Origin: Camelus ferus
Lineage: Eukaryota
Assembly: GCF_009834535.1 (NCBI RefSeq)
Contig: NC_045697.1
Span: 71,798,001-71,862,000, forward strand
DNA: 64,000 nucleotides
Reading direction: 5' to 3'
Every line of letters starts with the position of its first letter. The first letter of the stretch is position 1. Below, piece by piece: positions 38,536-51,315 of the stretch. A program made the translations under genes and the position numbers. Below the pieces are notes generated by a model, which made no database searches, was not told the origin of the DNA, and saw only the letters and a program-made list of their open reading frames with translations.

Positions 38536-40205
38536 AACAAAGTCAGCTTATTAAAAAACTATGTCAGGTGATGAGAGAATTTTTTGAAGTACTACTAGAT
38601 TAATCGCTATGGAGTTTTGCAGATTTTTTTTAACTCAAAAGATAACCTAGGACAAGTTTCACCACTGAGTTATTGAAAACTCAAGTAAAGGAGAATTTTT
38701 GTATTACAGAACCATCTCACGTGGTGAAATATTAGTGTAATGTGCTAGTTATTTCATTAAGAAAAAAATGCATGCAAATCTCAGTTAATGATGAAACAGA
38801 TGTAAATCATTATTGTTCAACTATTCACAATTTTCAAAAATCTTATAAAATAAGAAAGAGAATAATTTCTCAGCATGATCAGGAATGTCTTACTAGCTCA
38901 AGAACAGAGCTCCTTAATGCTAGAAACAAGATAAGGAGGCTTATTCTAGAAGATTCTAACAACTGGAATAACACGAGTCTAAAATAAAAAGTGTAATTAT
39001 TTGGAAAGAGAAGGTGCTTTTCCATTATTTTTTAGATGATATGTGTACATGCCTACAGACCATTATAGAATCAACTATAAGACTCTTAAAATTATTTAAA
39101 ACAGCTTGATATAATTCAGAAATAATTTTCCCTTTTTACATACCAGCAATGCTAGTTTGGAGATGTCATAAAAGAAAAAAGCTTATTCACTATACGTTGA
39201 AAACGAAAAGTTTCTATTAAAAAGAGAGACATACCATTTTCTCGCATGGGCAGATTAAATAGACTAAATGCTTCTTTAGATAATTTACAGATTTTTTAAA
39301 AAATCCCAATCACTTTGAAAGGACTTTTTTTCCCCTTTGGAGAGAGAGACAACAGTTTAGAAGAATGCTTCTGAACTCATAAAGATTATAAATAAGTAAG
39401 AAGAGCAGAAATGAGGCAACCTTTTAGGAACATAAAAAGATTGAGGCAGCACACTTGCCATGTGTGTTATTAAGGTCCATCACTTATGCGGTGCTTAAAG
39501 CTGCGGTGCTTAGCATCACACTGGCATGAGAAGCACTAGCAGGGAAAGAATATCACTGTAATTAGCTATAAAGTTATTAAAGCTTCTGTGCCTTTTTTTA
39601 CTTGAATAATGCAAAATATTATCAAAAGTGCATTGAGACATACACTCCCACATCCAGCTGGTGAGAGTGTGTTTAACAGCACACTTCCAGGAAATGAGTT
39701 GGGCACTGAGTATCAACAGCTTTAAAAATGTTCTTACGCAAAAATTAGACTTTTACGAGTCTAACCGACGAAAATAAACAGCAATACAGCCAGTGATTTA
39801 CGTTAAAGACTTTAAAGCACCAGTGATACATAATTGTGGGGAAAAATTAGAAACAATAAAAAATAGCCAACAGTAGGGAAGCAGGTAAACATTTTATTGA
39901 ATATACAAACTTTAGAATATAATGCAGCCACCAAAACTCATGTTTCATAGAATATTTAATGGCATATGAGTAAGAGAAAAGAGCAGGAAACTTATCAGTA
40001 TAAACCTAGCTCAGAAAAAAAAAAAAGAAAAGAAAGAAACTTTAAAAAGGATAAACATCAGAATGTTAACACTCCACATTTCTGAAGAGTATAATATCGA
40101 GTGATAGCTGTTTTGTTGGTTAGTACTCTTCTGTATTTTCCAAATGGTGTGGGGGGAAGTCATGTTCTACATCTGCAATTAAAGTGAAATGGCAAAGAAT
40201 TCATT

Positions 40206-40687
40206 GTCAATGAAAAAATTATTAGGACATTTGTTAAAATAGTAAGGCCAACTTTACTCAAGGGGGCCTGGATATAGCTATCTGAGGACTACTGCAGTGG
40301 AGTTTTGCAGTAGCGGGGAGAGGTTGGTCTCAGCCCTGAATACAGCAAGGAAAAGAGCGAGCAGAGTGTGTGGGAGGGGTGAGGAGTGAATGGAAAATTA
40401 CTAAGAGAAAACACCAGGGGTACAATTGACCTAAAAGGATTCCTGCTCAAGACAGGCCAAGATGATCCAATATCACCTAGGGGGTGATGGAAGATAAAGG
40501 AACCCAATCAGACATTGAGGGTGATCAGATATCAAGGGTGGGGAATTTTGGCTAAACCAACTTAGCAGAATTCTTGTAAAAATTGAGCAATGCAAAGACA
40601 CACACGGAAGTACAAAAAGTGAGAGCCTAGTTGCGAAGAGGACCCAGAAGAGTCTGACAAAAGCTTAGTCAAGGAGAGGACCTGCCA
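40206..40687 (-). mobile_element. MER31/MER67-like ERV1 solo LTR
   Basis: reverse complement begins ...ctctccttgactaagcttttgtcagactcttctgggtcctcttc..actagg, resembling the recalled MER31 5' end. Confidence 0.6.
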
Positions 40688-43600
40688 ATAGCAGCCCTCT
40701 TAAAGAGACGTAGATACTTTACTTGGAACTCACGAATAAATCAACACTCCAAATATCTCTGAATTTGCTTATGTGGCCCTGAGTTTATTTGCTGCCAGTT
40801 CCCTAGATACAGATTAAAAAAAAAAAAACAGCTTCAGATTTGAATCTTGGTCACTGACTTTTTTTAAGTCCTGTTACTCCTTCCAACTGCTCACGAAATA
40901 ATTTAGTAAGAGGATACAGTACGGTATAGCATGGGACAGTATATTGGGCATCGCTTGGAATGGTATGTATTCCATGGAGAAACCTATTAGCAGAGTGAGA
41001 GAACTTTTCTTATTATAAAAAAAATAGCATTATTGCAGAGAGCTGGAAATTAGAAAAAGGTCATCACCTCTGATACCATCACAATAGTTTGCATCATCTT
41101 TAAAAATGTGCCTCCATGCTTTATTATATATACAACATTTATATGGTTAAAATTTTGCTATACATAGAATTTTGCATCCAGCGTTTGTACGTGGTCTTAT
41201 AGAATAACTATACTCTCTTGCACATTGTTTTTTAAGTTATTATTTTAATGACTACCTAATACTTAAGTAAATATTTCATATTTTAAATCCCTTGTTGTTG
41301 GCCAGTGAAGTTGTTGCCTTTTCAGATTTCCAGGAAAAATGTTCTTCTAGCCAGTTAATCAGTAACAGGAAGAATTTTAATGAAAAGCTCAATTCACTTT
41401 CTTACCTAATTTTTAGATTCATACACTGACCACACAGGTTGCTTGATGTTTATATGACCAGCATTTGGTCAAATGGAAAATCTTGTAAAGAAAAATTGAC
41501 CCCAAAAGAACTAAATTTTAGAAACTATACTGTTTTGAAACTTTTACAATAAGAGACCAAGAGTCTGCAGTCTGTGCAATTAGCAGTCTGACAAGTTCTT
41601 TTCAATGAAAATAATGTTAGACCCATACTAACTCTCATGAAAATAAACTAATAAATATAAAGTTGAAGAGGAGGAAAAATCCTTTCCATCCCCCATAAAA
41701 TAGTAATCTAAATAAAGCAATAAAGCAATTTTGCACAGTCTTCCAAAAATTACAGGTGGCATGTTTTGGTTTGATTAGTCTGCCCTGAGGACGAAAAGTG
41801 GTAAAATGCCTAATCATTTTTCATAGCAACTTGTTATGCCTAATACATATTTATCAAGATAATTTGCTCTAATCTTTTTAGTGTAAAAAAGAAAGAAGAA
41901 AAAACCAATGTATGTAAAATTAGTCCAGTTGTAAACAATTCACTTGATCTATCTAGAACTTCTATCACTCCTAAATTTTGTTCTTTTGTTCTCTCTGCAC
42001 AACCATGAGAAACTGAACCCTGCCCCTTCCCCGCCTCAAAAAGTCATCTTACTTATATTTTAGTACCTAAAATTTGAAATATGAAGGGATAATTGAAATA
42101 AATGTTATTAAAAGAACTCAATTTTTTTTTTAATTCAGCTAAATCTGCACATATAGCAAAACTGAAGCTGGTACGATTTGCTGGGAAGACTTTGCTTGAG
42201 ATAACTTCTATAAAAGCAGAACATCCAGCTGCATGGGTATTTGAGATAAAAATGGATTTGCACTTAGGCAAAGGGATAACAGAAGTGAGGTGCTAGTTAA
42301 ATGGCAAAGCTGTTAAATGACGATGCTAAACCTCCACACTGGCAGGAATGACACGAAGAATTCTACTGCAAACTGCATCTCACGAACTGGAGTGTGGAGG
42401 CTTGTAAAAAGCAAGTGCTGTAAGAAGCAAGATCTCAATTGTTATCCATGCTTTTGGCTGCTGAACCACTGAGCCCTCTGGCTGACTTTTGCTTCTCCAG
42501 TTCCCCTGGGACTTCATGCCCCATCATCCCTGAAGTAAAAGATTTGGAGTATAGAATCTGTTGACATCTTGTTAGTTCTGGGGAAGAGGACTTCTGAAGA
42601 GAAAAGACAAGCCAAGAAAGCCCCCGTGGGAATGAGAATGACTGACCGTGGAGCAGTTTTACGTCCATGTGAATCTTTTCAGAAAGGAACCCTCTCTCTG
42701 TCCCTGTTCCAAGATTCAGTGCTAGAATCTTTCTCAATCTTTCTCAAAACTAAAAGGGACATGAGAGAGCACTCCAGGACAGCTCCAAGGCTCAAATTCC
42801 CTCCAGATACTTAAAACCTGCTATCAAGTACTTGAACTTCGCATTTCCAGACTAACCAATCCTAACACTGTCAACAAATCTTTATTACTATAGAATTTGA
42901 ATGCCCTCCCCATTTCCCAAATGCTTGTCAATCTAGTCTGGATACAATCTAGTTGATCTCTTTCTTTCTTGAAAAACAGCCCCCAGTAATGAGCAAATTC
43001 TCCAGGGACATACCCAACTTACTCAGCACCCACCTACCTACGGCTTGGCAGTTCTAGTGCTTTTCTCCTTCTAGACTCTGGGCATATTCAGATTTGATAG
43101 TGCATAAGACACGTACTGCCACTGAGTTACCCAGTTCCTGCTGAAATAGTGCGATAAGTATATTGGACTTAATAGAAATACGCAAATGAGAAGGTACAAA
43201 CTCTAATGAGCCTGCAGCCAGGCAGGTAGTACAAATGTAATGTCATCCAGAGAGGATAAGGAGTGACAGAGATCAGGGCAGCCTGGAGCACACACAGTGC
43301 CCCTAAAAGGATGCAACTTCGTGTTTTTAAGCACATGTGGAACAAATAGAACACTGAATTCACCCATGGTCTACAATTTGCTCTCACTGTACTTCAGGCA
43401 GGTGTCTGGTGTGGCATTAGCAGCCACGCATGGGACACTGGATCATCTAATGTTCTTATTGTATTGAGCACATAATACATGGCATGCCCCCAAAATAAAA
43501 CTCTTTTGAAAAGGAAGCAGTTCCCTACAAAATGACCAGCAATTATTTGTTTTAAATTTTTCAGGAATAAATTTTCAAATGATCCTAAACCTCTCGTGAC

Positions 43601-44065
43601 ATCTGGATGTTGGTTGAGATCTCTTTTCCCGAAGCTGGAAAGAGATGTTTATTCCACAGATATTTATTAGTAATAATAGTATAACTGTCACATAGCTTAC
43701 CGTGTGGCAGGCCCTGTGCTAAGTATTTTGTGCACGTAGTCAAAAGTAATCCTCACAAAAGAACATGAAATTGGCACTGCCCACCACCACCAGTGCACTG
43801 CAGACCTCTTGCCTCTGTTCTTTCTCTCCTCACCCTCTTAAGATTTTTAGCAATGAGACACATTCTTTTTACCTGTAACACTAGATGTGAGGCATGACAA
43901 TCCTTAGAAAGAAACTCATTTAAAAAATTCTATACTGATTTATTTTGTAACTGCTCTTAGACTAGCTTGAGCAAGAAACTCAAACTGCTTATTTTTCAGA
44001 ACGCTTTTTTTCCCTAGTTGTCATAGACTGACTTCTTGTTAAAACACTCTCCTCTCGTATTGTAG

Positions 44066-44243
44066 ACAGAACTCGGTTGGAGAGTCAAGCCTTTTCCACC
44101 GTAAGTGACTGCCTCGCTTCTGGGCAGGAAGAACTTATCTCCTGCAAGAGAAAGTCAAGAATGGGAAACTCTCTGTCGACGAAGCCCTGGAGAAATTTAA
44201 ACACTGGCAGATGGGAAAGACTGGCCTGGAAGTAATTCAGCAG
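44066..44243 (+). CDS. BANK1: BANK1 coding exon (~exon 12, coiled-coil region) with an apparent 1-bp frameshift: DRTRLESQAFSTVSDCLASGQEELI / LQEKVKNGKLSVDEALEKFKHWQMGKTGLEVIQQ
   Basis: ttgtag acceptor ending 44065 and cag|gtaata donor; BANK1-like peptide lies in two frames that switch at ~44139; 178 nt is incompatible with the flanking phases (1 to 0 needs 3n+2). Confidence 0.92.
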
Positions 44244-44692
44244 GTAATACTGACTCCGATCCCTCACTTACCAAGCTCCTAGCCTCTTTGTAAATGTTTA
44301 GTCTTAAGAAGAAATACAGATAACTGTTCTTTTGTTTTTAACTAGCCACAAAAAAAAGACGTTTTAAACTACCAATTAAAAGTTTGACGCTATCTAGATT
44401 TCATGTTTACAAACCATTGATGGACTCACCGCTGAGACCGAGTACATCAGAGCTAATTCCCAATCAGCTTCTACGGTTGTCCTTACTAGATGACTGCTTT
44501 ATGAATCTCATTGCTGAAATTAAGGTGAAGCAGCTTCACACTAACGTGCTTAGCATTCTGAAGAATGTATTATGTACGCCAGACTTAAAGGGAATAGGAA
44601 AATGACTGAAATCATATCAGATTAATAGTCTTAAATAAAATTTAAGTATGTTTTACCTTCTCTTTCCCTTAACCTCTGAAAACATATGTATA

Positions 44693-44802
44693 TCAGGATT
44701 TGCATATATATAAATATATACATATATAAACATAGATATCTCAGGATTTGCATATATAGAGATAGATATGTAGCTAAAGATATAGATCAGTCAGGATTTG
44801 CA
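44693..44802. repeat. Degenerate ~49-bp-period tandem repeat anchored on tcaggatttgca (3 copies)
   Basis: tcaggatttgca at 44693, 44741 and 44791 separated by TA/GA-rich spacers. Confidence 0.85.
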
Positions 44803-45934
44803 GAGGAATTATACTAAGAGTATTAACTTGAGATAAGCTTGTCTTCTATAAACATAATTTACATCCTGAGAGGGGATTGGAGTAGGTGGTTCTAAGAGGA
44901 GAATGAAAACAGCATATAATATATACTCCATGACATGCCTCAGTGAGGGATAGCAGGGCAGTATTCCCTCTCCAGCAGGCCTTCCCACTCCCAAAATACT
45001 TCACCATTTTTTTTTTTCTCATCACAGAAAGCCGCAGTACCTTAGAAGCCAGTTCTCAGGCAGCTGTTTGATTAAACACATTTTGCTAGCTACGTTAGGC
45101 TAAAGTATAAATAATCATTAATAGCTTAGTATGCTACCTTTCCTCAGGGATCATTTTTATTTGAAAATAGTGCTTAAGATTTTTGAACAGCAGAGAAATG
45201 AATCGCAGTACGGCATATAGGCAGGAGCTAGTTTAGGCCAAGGGGCTTTCCCCGTACGTCTGCGATCACATGCCTTGTCAGAACTCGCCTGTCTCTGAGG
45301 TTACCTCGTACTGTGGTTGGGTGGCTGGACCTGGTCAAGATTTTGCAGTGTTAAGCAAGGGCAGTTGTTTGGCCAAAAAAATGCTAAGGATGCTGACTGT
45401 AGAGTTCTGTAGCAGATCGTAGTTCGTGGTTACAAATACAACTTCGCTTCTCAATCCATCCATTGCCAGTCACCATCAAGCATCCTCTTATCCTGAAATG
45501 GCTACAAATCACTTTCCTAACAATGCTAGAAAATAAGTTATATAAGTTTTGTCGAAATAAGTCAATTGTACTTCATCCTCCTTAGATCCTTCAGTAATGA
45601 AGTTTACAATTTAAAGTAGTCCAACTTAAGTACCTTCTTGGAAATGATTTCACTAGTTGCTTTATTAAACCTTTGGTTGTTTCTATTTTATTTGTGTATT
45701 TATATTCAATATTGTTTTGGAAAGAATTTAAGATGGTCTATACTCAACTACTTCAAGACTGATGTAACTTATCTAATATATGGGGTTAATGGGATAATGA
45801 ATGTGGTTAGCACTTATGCAAAACAAAACAAAACAAACTTAGCCTGTAAATGCAAGAACAGGCACTAAGACTACTTTCCATAAGAGCCGAAAGTTTGTGA
45901 CTCTGACTGAGGAGAAATCAATCAGTTCTTTTCC

Positions 45935-46480
45935 ATTTTTTCCCAGCTCTATTGAGATATAATTGACATGTAACAGTGTGTCAATTTAAAGTGTGCAATG
46001 TGTTGATTTGATATATTTGATTTGATATATTGCAAAACTGTTACCACCATAGCATTAGCTAACACCTCCATCATGTCACAAAATTACCATTTTTTGTGGT
46101 GAGAACATATAATATTTACTCTCTTAGCAACTTTCAAGTTGCTGTAAATAATATATATATAAAATACAGTACCATTAAATATAATCATCATGCTGAACAT
46201 TAGGTCGCCAGAACTTTTTCATTGTATAGCTGGAAGTTTATACTCTTTGACCAACATCTCCCCATTTCTTCCACTCGTTAGCTCCTGACAACTACCACTC
46301 TACTCTGTTTTTATGAATTTGGCTTTTTTGGATTTCACATATCAGTGTGACCACACAGCATTTGTCCTTCTCCATCAGATTTATTTCACTTTGCATAATG
46401 CCCTCAAGGTCCATCCATGTTGCCTCAAAAGAGGATTTCCTTCTTTCTCTTGGTTGAATAATAGCCTATTGTATGTATAC
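45935..46480 (-). mobile_element. L1MA-like 3'-end fragment
   Basis: ctattgagatataattgacat...tactctcttagcaactttcaagt...tttcactttgcataatgccctcaaggtccatccatgttg. Confidence 0.85.
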
Positions 46481-46539
46481 CCCAGCAAACCATCATTGTG
46501 TTGCCCTCCTGCTTTTGGATACGAAATAGCCAACGTAGA

Positions 46540-46730
46540 TGCCTCAGGCATTAGACTGGGAAAACAGCTCCACCTCTCACTTACAGGTGTGATTTGGGAA
46601 GGTTAATTTCTCTGTACCTCAGTTTCCGTATTTGTAAAATGAGATGACTACATTTTTAACCATTTCATGAAGTTGTGAGGATTAAGTAAGATGAAATATG
46701 TAAAGTATCAAGGATGGTGATTGGGACATT
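46540..46730 (+). mobile_element. MIR SINE
   Basis: tctctgtacctcagtttccgtatttgtaaaatgag...gttgtgaggattaag MIR core. Confidence 0.8.
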
Positions 46731-46853
46731 GTGAGGACCAAATTTGTACTAACTTGTAGTGGTGGTACTGGTGATAGTAGTTAAAGTTTTCATCTTGATC
46801 TATGACAAATATGTGAATCTTGACGTCTGTTTCCTGGTTTTCTCCTCATGAAG

Positions 46854-46917
46854 GAAAAACTACGCCAACTACGAGACTGCATTATTGGGAAAAGGCCAGA
46901 AGAAGAAAATGTCTACA
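46854..46917 (+). CDS. BANK1: BANK1 coding exon (~exon 13), EKLRQLRDCIIGKRPEEENVY
   Basis: pyrimidine tract with AAG acceptor ending 46853; a|gtaagt donor; 64 nt, phase 0 to 1. Confidence 0.95.
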
Positions 46918-46959
46918 GTAAGTAAAATTTGCCCGCTTTTCAAAAATAATAGAGTGATG

Positions 46960-47130
46960 AAGTGAAAAGTGCAAAGACGGTGGAGCTGAACAGGCCTGGG
47001 TTCAAGTTTTACTCCATCACTTTCCAGCTGTTTAAACTGGAGAGTGTCTTCATCCTTGGTACTCAGTTTCCTTCTCTGTAAAACGGGAATAGTGATACAT
47101 ATATCTGGAATTGGTTGTGCAAGTTAACAT
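46960..47130 (+). mobile_element. MIR SINE
   Basis: gcctgggttcaag...ctcagtttccttctctgtaaaacggga MIR core. Confidence 0.75.
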
Positions 47131-47909
47131 ATAATATCCTTTTCACCTTCTCTGGCCCATAATCAACCTTCCATAAATGCTACGTATCCTTTCCTGTGGT
47201 TTCTACATAAGTTACAAATAAGATAATTTTGCTCCAGTTTTTTTTTTTTGTATGAGCCATTATACAGGGTATTAAATTATTAAGGAGTCACACTTTTTTT
47301 AATAAGGTAGAATATCTTTAATATAGTCAGTTCTCACAACTGTCCACATATGGGTCATTTCACATTGTAAATCTCAAGTTGCCTTCCCCTGAAGCTAGCA
47401 CAGTTCTTGTCAATGCAGATTTCTCTTGCTATTAATTACTCACTCATAGTTGCTCACAGGGGAAAAAAACACTCATTTTAATGTTAACACAAACCAAACA
47501 TTATTAAGATGGTAAATCTTCTCCAAAGATAAACAAGTTCCAAAATTGAAAATAAGTTATATTGCCACTATATGACCACTCTTTCCCCAAGTCCCTACCC
47601 CTGCACAGATAATTAAAATCTGACAGCAACTAGCAAAGCTTGAGAGCGCCCATCTCTTCCTTTTTCAGTAACATTGCGCAGCTTTTAGCTAGTACTCATG
47701 CTGAAATTCACCGTGTTGAAGTTCATTTTCTTTTATGTTATTAGGTTATTACTTTTCCAGAGAATTCTTTAAGTTCTTTTAGAAATATTTTCTAAAACAG
47801 AAATACACTTTCTAAAATAATTAAGGTCATAAACACAAAACTGCTTTACAGATAACTGGGTTCTACAGACCACCTTTCTAACATGGAATTTAGGAATTAG
47901 GAATGTCTT

Positions 47910-50140
47910 TTAGTTAATTAGGAATTAACTCATTTCCCTTCCAGCCAAATTGGAATAAGAGGTAGCAGACAAACCCTCCCACTGTACAGAATACTAATAC
48001 TGGGCAGAAATACGAGGCAGCTGATTTCAGAGAGTAGACAACAGGCAGCCTAAAGCTACAATCCCAGAGAAAAACAAAACGTATGAGACGTCTCTCATGA
48101 TTGCCCAGGAGACTGATTTTCTGACTACAATTTGTGCAAAGCAAGCAGTCCTGTCAAACTGTGAGAGAACAAAAATCAGAGTTCAGGGCAGCCCAAGCCG
48201 CTGGGATGTGTATGGTGGAGATAGCTCAAAGAGAGTAAGGGACTACACGAGCCTGTGGCTACAGGACGAGCTGTCCATGTGCAGGGCAAGACCACTCAGG
48301 ACATAGAAGAAAGCAGCTTCTAGAGCATTTAAGGCAAAACAGAAACACTGAAGGTTGAGAAGAGCCAGGGAAAAGCCAAACTGGGGATGTTTGAGTGGAA
48401 AGGTCTCCTTATTATTAACACACTTGGCTTCCTGCTGTGACACCCAAAAGATGCAATGAGTAAGGACCATGACTTAGAGTACATCCTGCTGTAGACCTGT
48501 CCCAATAAAGCCTAAAACCACTCCCCTACAAGAGCCCGTGGAAGACAGAGTTTGTAGGCTTTGTCCTACTGAGGGCCTTAGGAAACATCTTGGGCTTTCT
48601 ACAGGTCAAGACTGAAAAGAGCAGAAAACCAAGCCCACCACAAGTTCATACCAGTAATCAAACTGCTTGCTAAAACAAGAACCTATTCTTATCAAAGGAA
48701 TATTACAGAATCTAGAAAATACAACAGATTACTTTTAATGTCTAGTATTCAGGATTTTTTTTTAAAATAAAGAAGAGGTACAAAGGAAAAGAAAAATGTA
48801 ATTGATAGAAAAGAAAAAGAAAGCCATCAATAAAACTGAACCTGAGATGGTCTTGTTGTTGAACTTAGCAGACAGAGACTGTAAATTATGAACATACTTA
48901 AATTAATGAAAAATACGGTTTTAAGGAGTGAATAAACATGAAATCTCAGCAGAAAAAAATGAAACTATATAAAAGAACCAAGGGGAAATTTGTAGAAATT
49001 AAAATTACTGTAAAAGAAATGAAAAATTTATCAGAAGAGCTTATCAGCAGATCGTATATAGCAAAAGTAAGATTTAATGAACTTGAAGGCAGATCAATAG
49101 AAATTATCTCGTATGATGAACAGGGAGATAAAAAGACTTTAAAAATGAATGGAGCCTCAGAGACATATAGTACAATATAACACAGTCTAGCATGCACATA
49201 ATTAAAGTCCTAGAGGAGAAAAGAGTGAGTTTAATATATATGTTATACATAAACAGAAAAATATAGTTTTATATATATATTACATATAATATATACTTCC
49301 ATATATGTATTTCCTTAGCTCTGTCTGCTGAGAGGACCTAGAAGCAATGACAAATCAGCAACAATGGGTACATCTAGTACCTAGATCTTAGTTTACAAAA
49401 ACAAATGGCCAATAAGCATGTGAAAAGATGCTCAACATCATTAATCCTCAGGAAAAAGTAAATTAAATTATAAAGGGGCACCAGGACACAACAAGTACAA
49501 TAGCTAAAAATGTAAAATGTTGTCAAAGTTAAGCAGTTAGGATGTGGAACAACTGGACATGCACTGCATGCGTTGCTGATGGGAGTATGAAGCGCTGTGG
49601 TGACTTTAGGAATGTTAAACATACGCTCGCTAGATAACCTAGCTATCCAAGAAAGATAGAAGATGGAGAATAAGTCCATCCAAAAGATGTTCGTGAAAGT
49701 TCCTAGCAGTTTCATACGTAGTAGCTAAACTGAAAACAATCCAAATGTCCAATAGAAGAATAGATAATCATGTTGTGATATATTCTCACAATGGAATACT
49801 ACTCAGCAGTAAAAAGTGATACCTACCGTTACACTACTGTTACCACTATGCTGAGTGAAAGACACCAGACACAGAGGAGTACATGCTTTTATCTGGACTT
49901 CTAGATAAAACTAATCTATAGAAATAGAAATCAGCTCAGGGGTCACCAGGGGTAATGGTGGGTGAGAAATGAGCTAAGGGGGCAGAAGGGGGTTTTCTGT
50001 GGAGATGAAATGTTCTCTGTGCTAACAAGGATGCTGAGTATAAGCTGTATCGATTTGTCAAAAGTCATCAACTTGCACCCTTTAAAATGTTTGAATTGTA
50101 CTGTATGTAGTAAGTCTGAATAAGGTTAATTTTAGAAAAG
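47910..50140 (+). mobile_element. Composite old L1 remnants (5' region, ORF1 coiled coil, ORF2 end and 3' UTR)
   Basis: ORF 48938-49180 resembles the L1 ORF1 heptad region; 49400-50140 has aaatggccaataagcatgtgaaaagatgctcaacatcatta and caatggaatactactcagcagtaaaaa. Confidence 0.75.
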
Positions 50141-50432
50141 AGAACTGAATAGCTCAGGCTAAAACAGTATCAAAGCAGAGTAGGAAGCTTGTATTATGTC
50201 AAACGTATGAAAATCTTGTAATACTATGGAACAAGCGTCAGAAGGAAAAAAGAGGTAATAAAAGACATAGGTTCACATTTAGCAGCTGGAGGTTAACATT
50301 TTTTAAATCAGATTGTGAAACTTCATAGTCATCACAAAGACAAGAAGTCATCAAACAATAAGAAGAAATGAGCTTAAGTTAAATACTGAGCAAAACTCAG
50401 TAGAATGTGCTTTTTTTTTTTTTGTCTTCTAG

Positions 50433-50462
50433 ATAAACTCACCATTGTGCACCATCCAAATG
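50433..50462 (+). CDS. BANK1: BANK1 30-nt coding exon (~exon 14), NKLTIVHHPN
   Basis: long T tract with ctag acceptor; g|gtaagt donor; phase 1 to 1. Confidence 0.93.
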
Positions 50463-50659
50463 GTAAGTGTTTGGTGTTTATGGAAGGATTTAAGACTAAA
50501 GCAAAGATCGTAGTAAACGAATTTTAATATTAATGCAAACCTAATATGATTAGGCTGGTCAGTGTAAAAACTCACAAACATTTTTTGTGTACATGCAAAA
50601 CCACTTGACATCCAAAATAAACATGAGGTGATTCTAGACTAGCAATGCTAGAGGCATTG

Positions 50660-50850
50660 TGATATTGTAAAAGAAGCACGTGCTTTGAACTCTGACCTGG
50701 CTCTTCACAACTTACTAGCTGTGACCTTTGGCAAGTCATGTAAACTCTTTAAGCCTCAGTTTCCTCATATGTAAAGTGCAGACAAGAATTATACAGTGGG
50801 GAATTGCTATAAGGACTGATGATGATTTATGTAAATGGGGCTAATGCTTG
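50660..50850 (+). mobile_element. MIR SINE
   Basis: cttactagctgtgacctttggcaagtca...gcctcagtttcctcatatgtaaa. Confidence 0.85.
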
Positions 50851-51259
50851 ATAAATGGGAGATATTGACAGAGCAAATGAAATTGAAGTAACACTTAGTA
50901 ACTGGAGGGGTTCACCTTACTGTGATGGGAGAGGACTGTGTGCAGAAGTCTGGGGAAGTGGAGAGGCGCTGCGGGCCGGCTGGGGAGCTGTCCAATCAGC
51001 TAGAAGCCCCGCCTCCAGCCTGATTGTTTCTGAGCTGAAGCAGCTCTTCAGTATCCTTCTCTAGTCAATCTATGTCAGTAGGAGAAATTAATACATGCTT
51101 GTCAAGGGTGCCTTTTCAATATGCCCTTTTTATCTCTTTAGTAGTTTTTCTCTTTACTCATATCCTATTCTTTGTGTATTTATATATTTTTGTGTTGAAT
51201 AAAGGAATTATTAAATGTGTGAATGAGTGAAGACATAATAACAGAGTTTGTATTTCTAG

Positions 51260-51315
51260 GTAACGAAAGCGCCCCCAGTGAAAGTATGCTTTATAACATA
51301 CCCTTTGGCAATAAG
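51260..51315 (+). CDS. BANK1: BANK1 coding exon (~exon 15), GNESAPSESMLYNIPFGNK
   Basis: tttctag acceptor and aag|gtgggt donor; 56 nt, phase 1 to 0, consistent with both neighbours. Confidence 0.88.

Larger units (their letters stand above)
37260..40150 (+). mobile_element. Old, highly decayed L1 (ORF2 remnants to 3' end) with nested insertions
   Basis: A-rich + strand with scattered L1 phrases (aaatcctctggcaaatctaatcaag, gagacataccattttctcgcatggg, aatataatgcagccaccaaaa); boundaries approximate. Confidence 0.55.

Noticed and set aside
44693..44802. CRISPR-like repeat-spacer appearance
   Set aside because: The repeat is only 12 bp with low-complexity, related spacers, in a mammalian intron with no cas genes.
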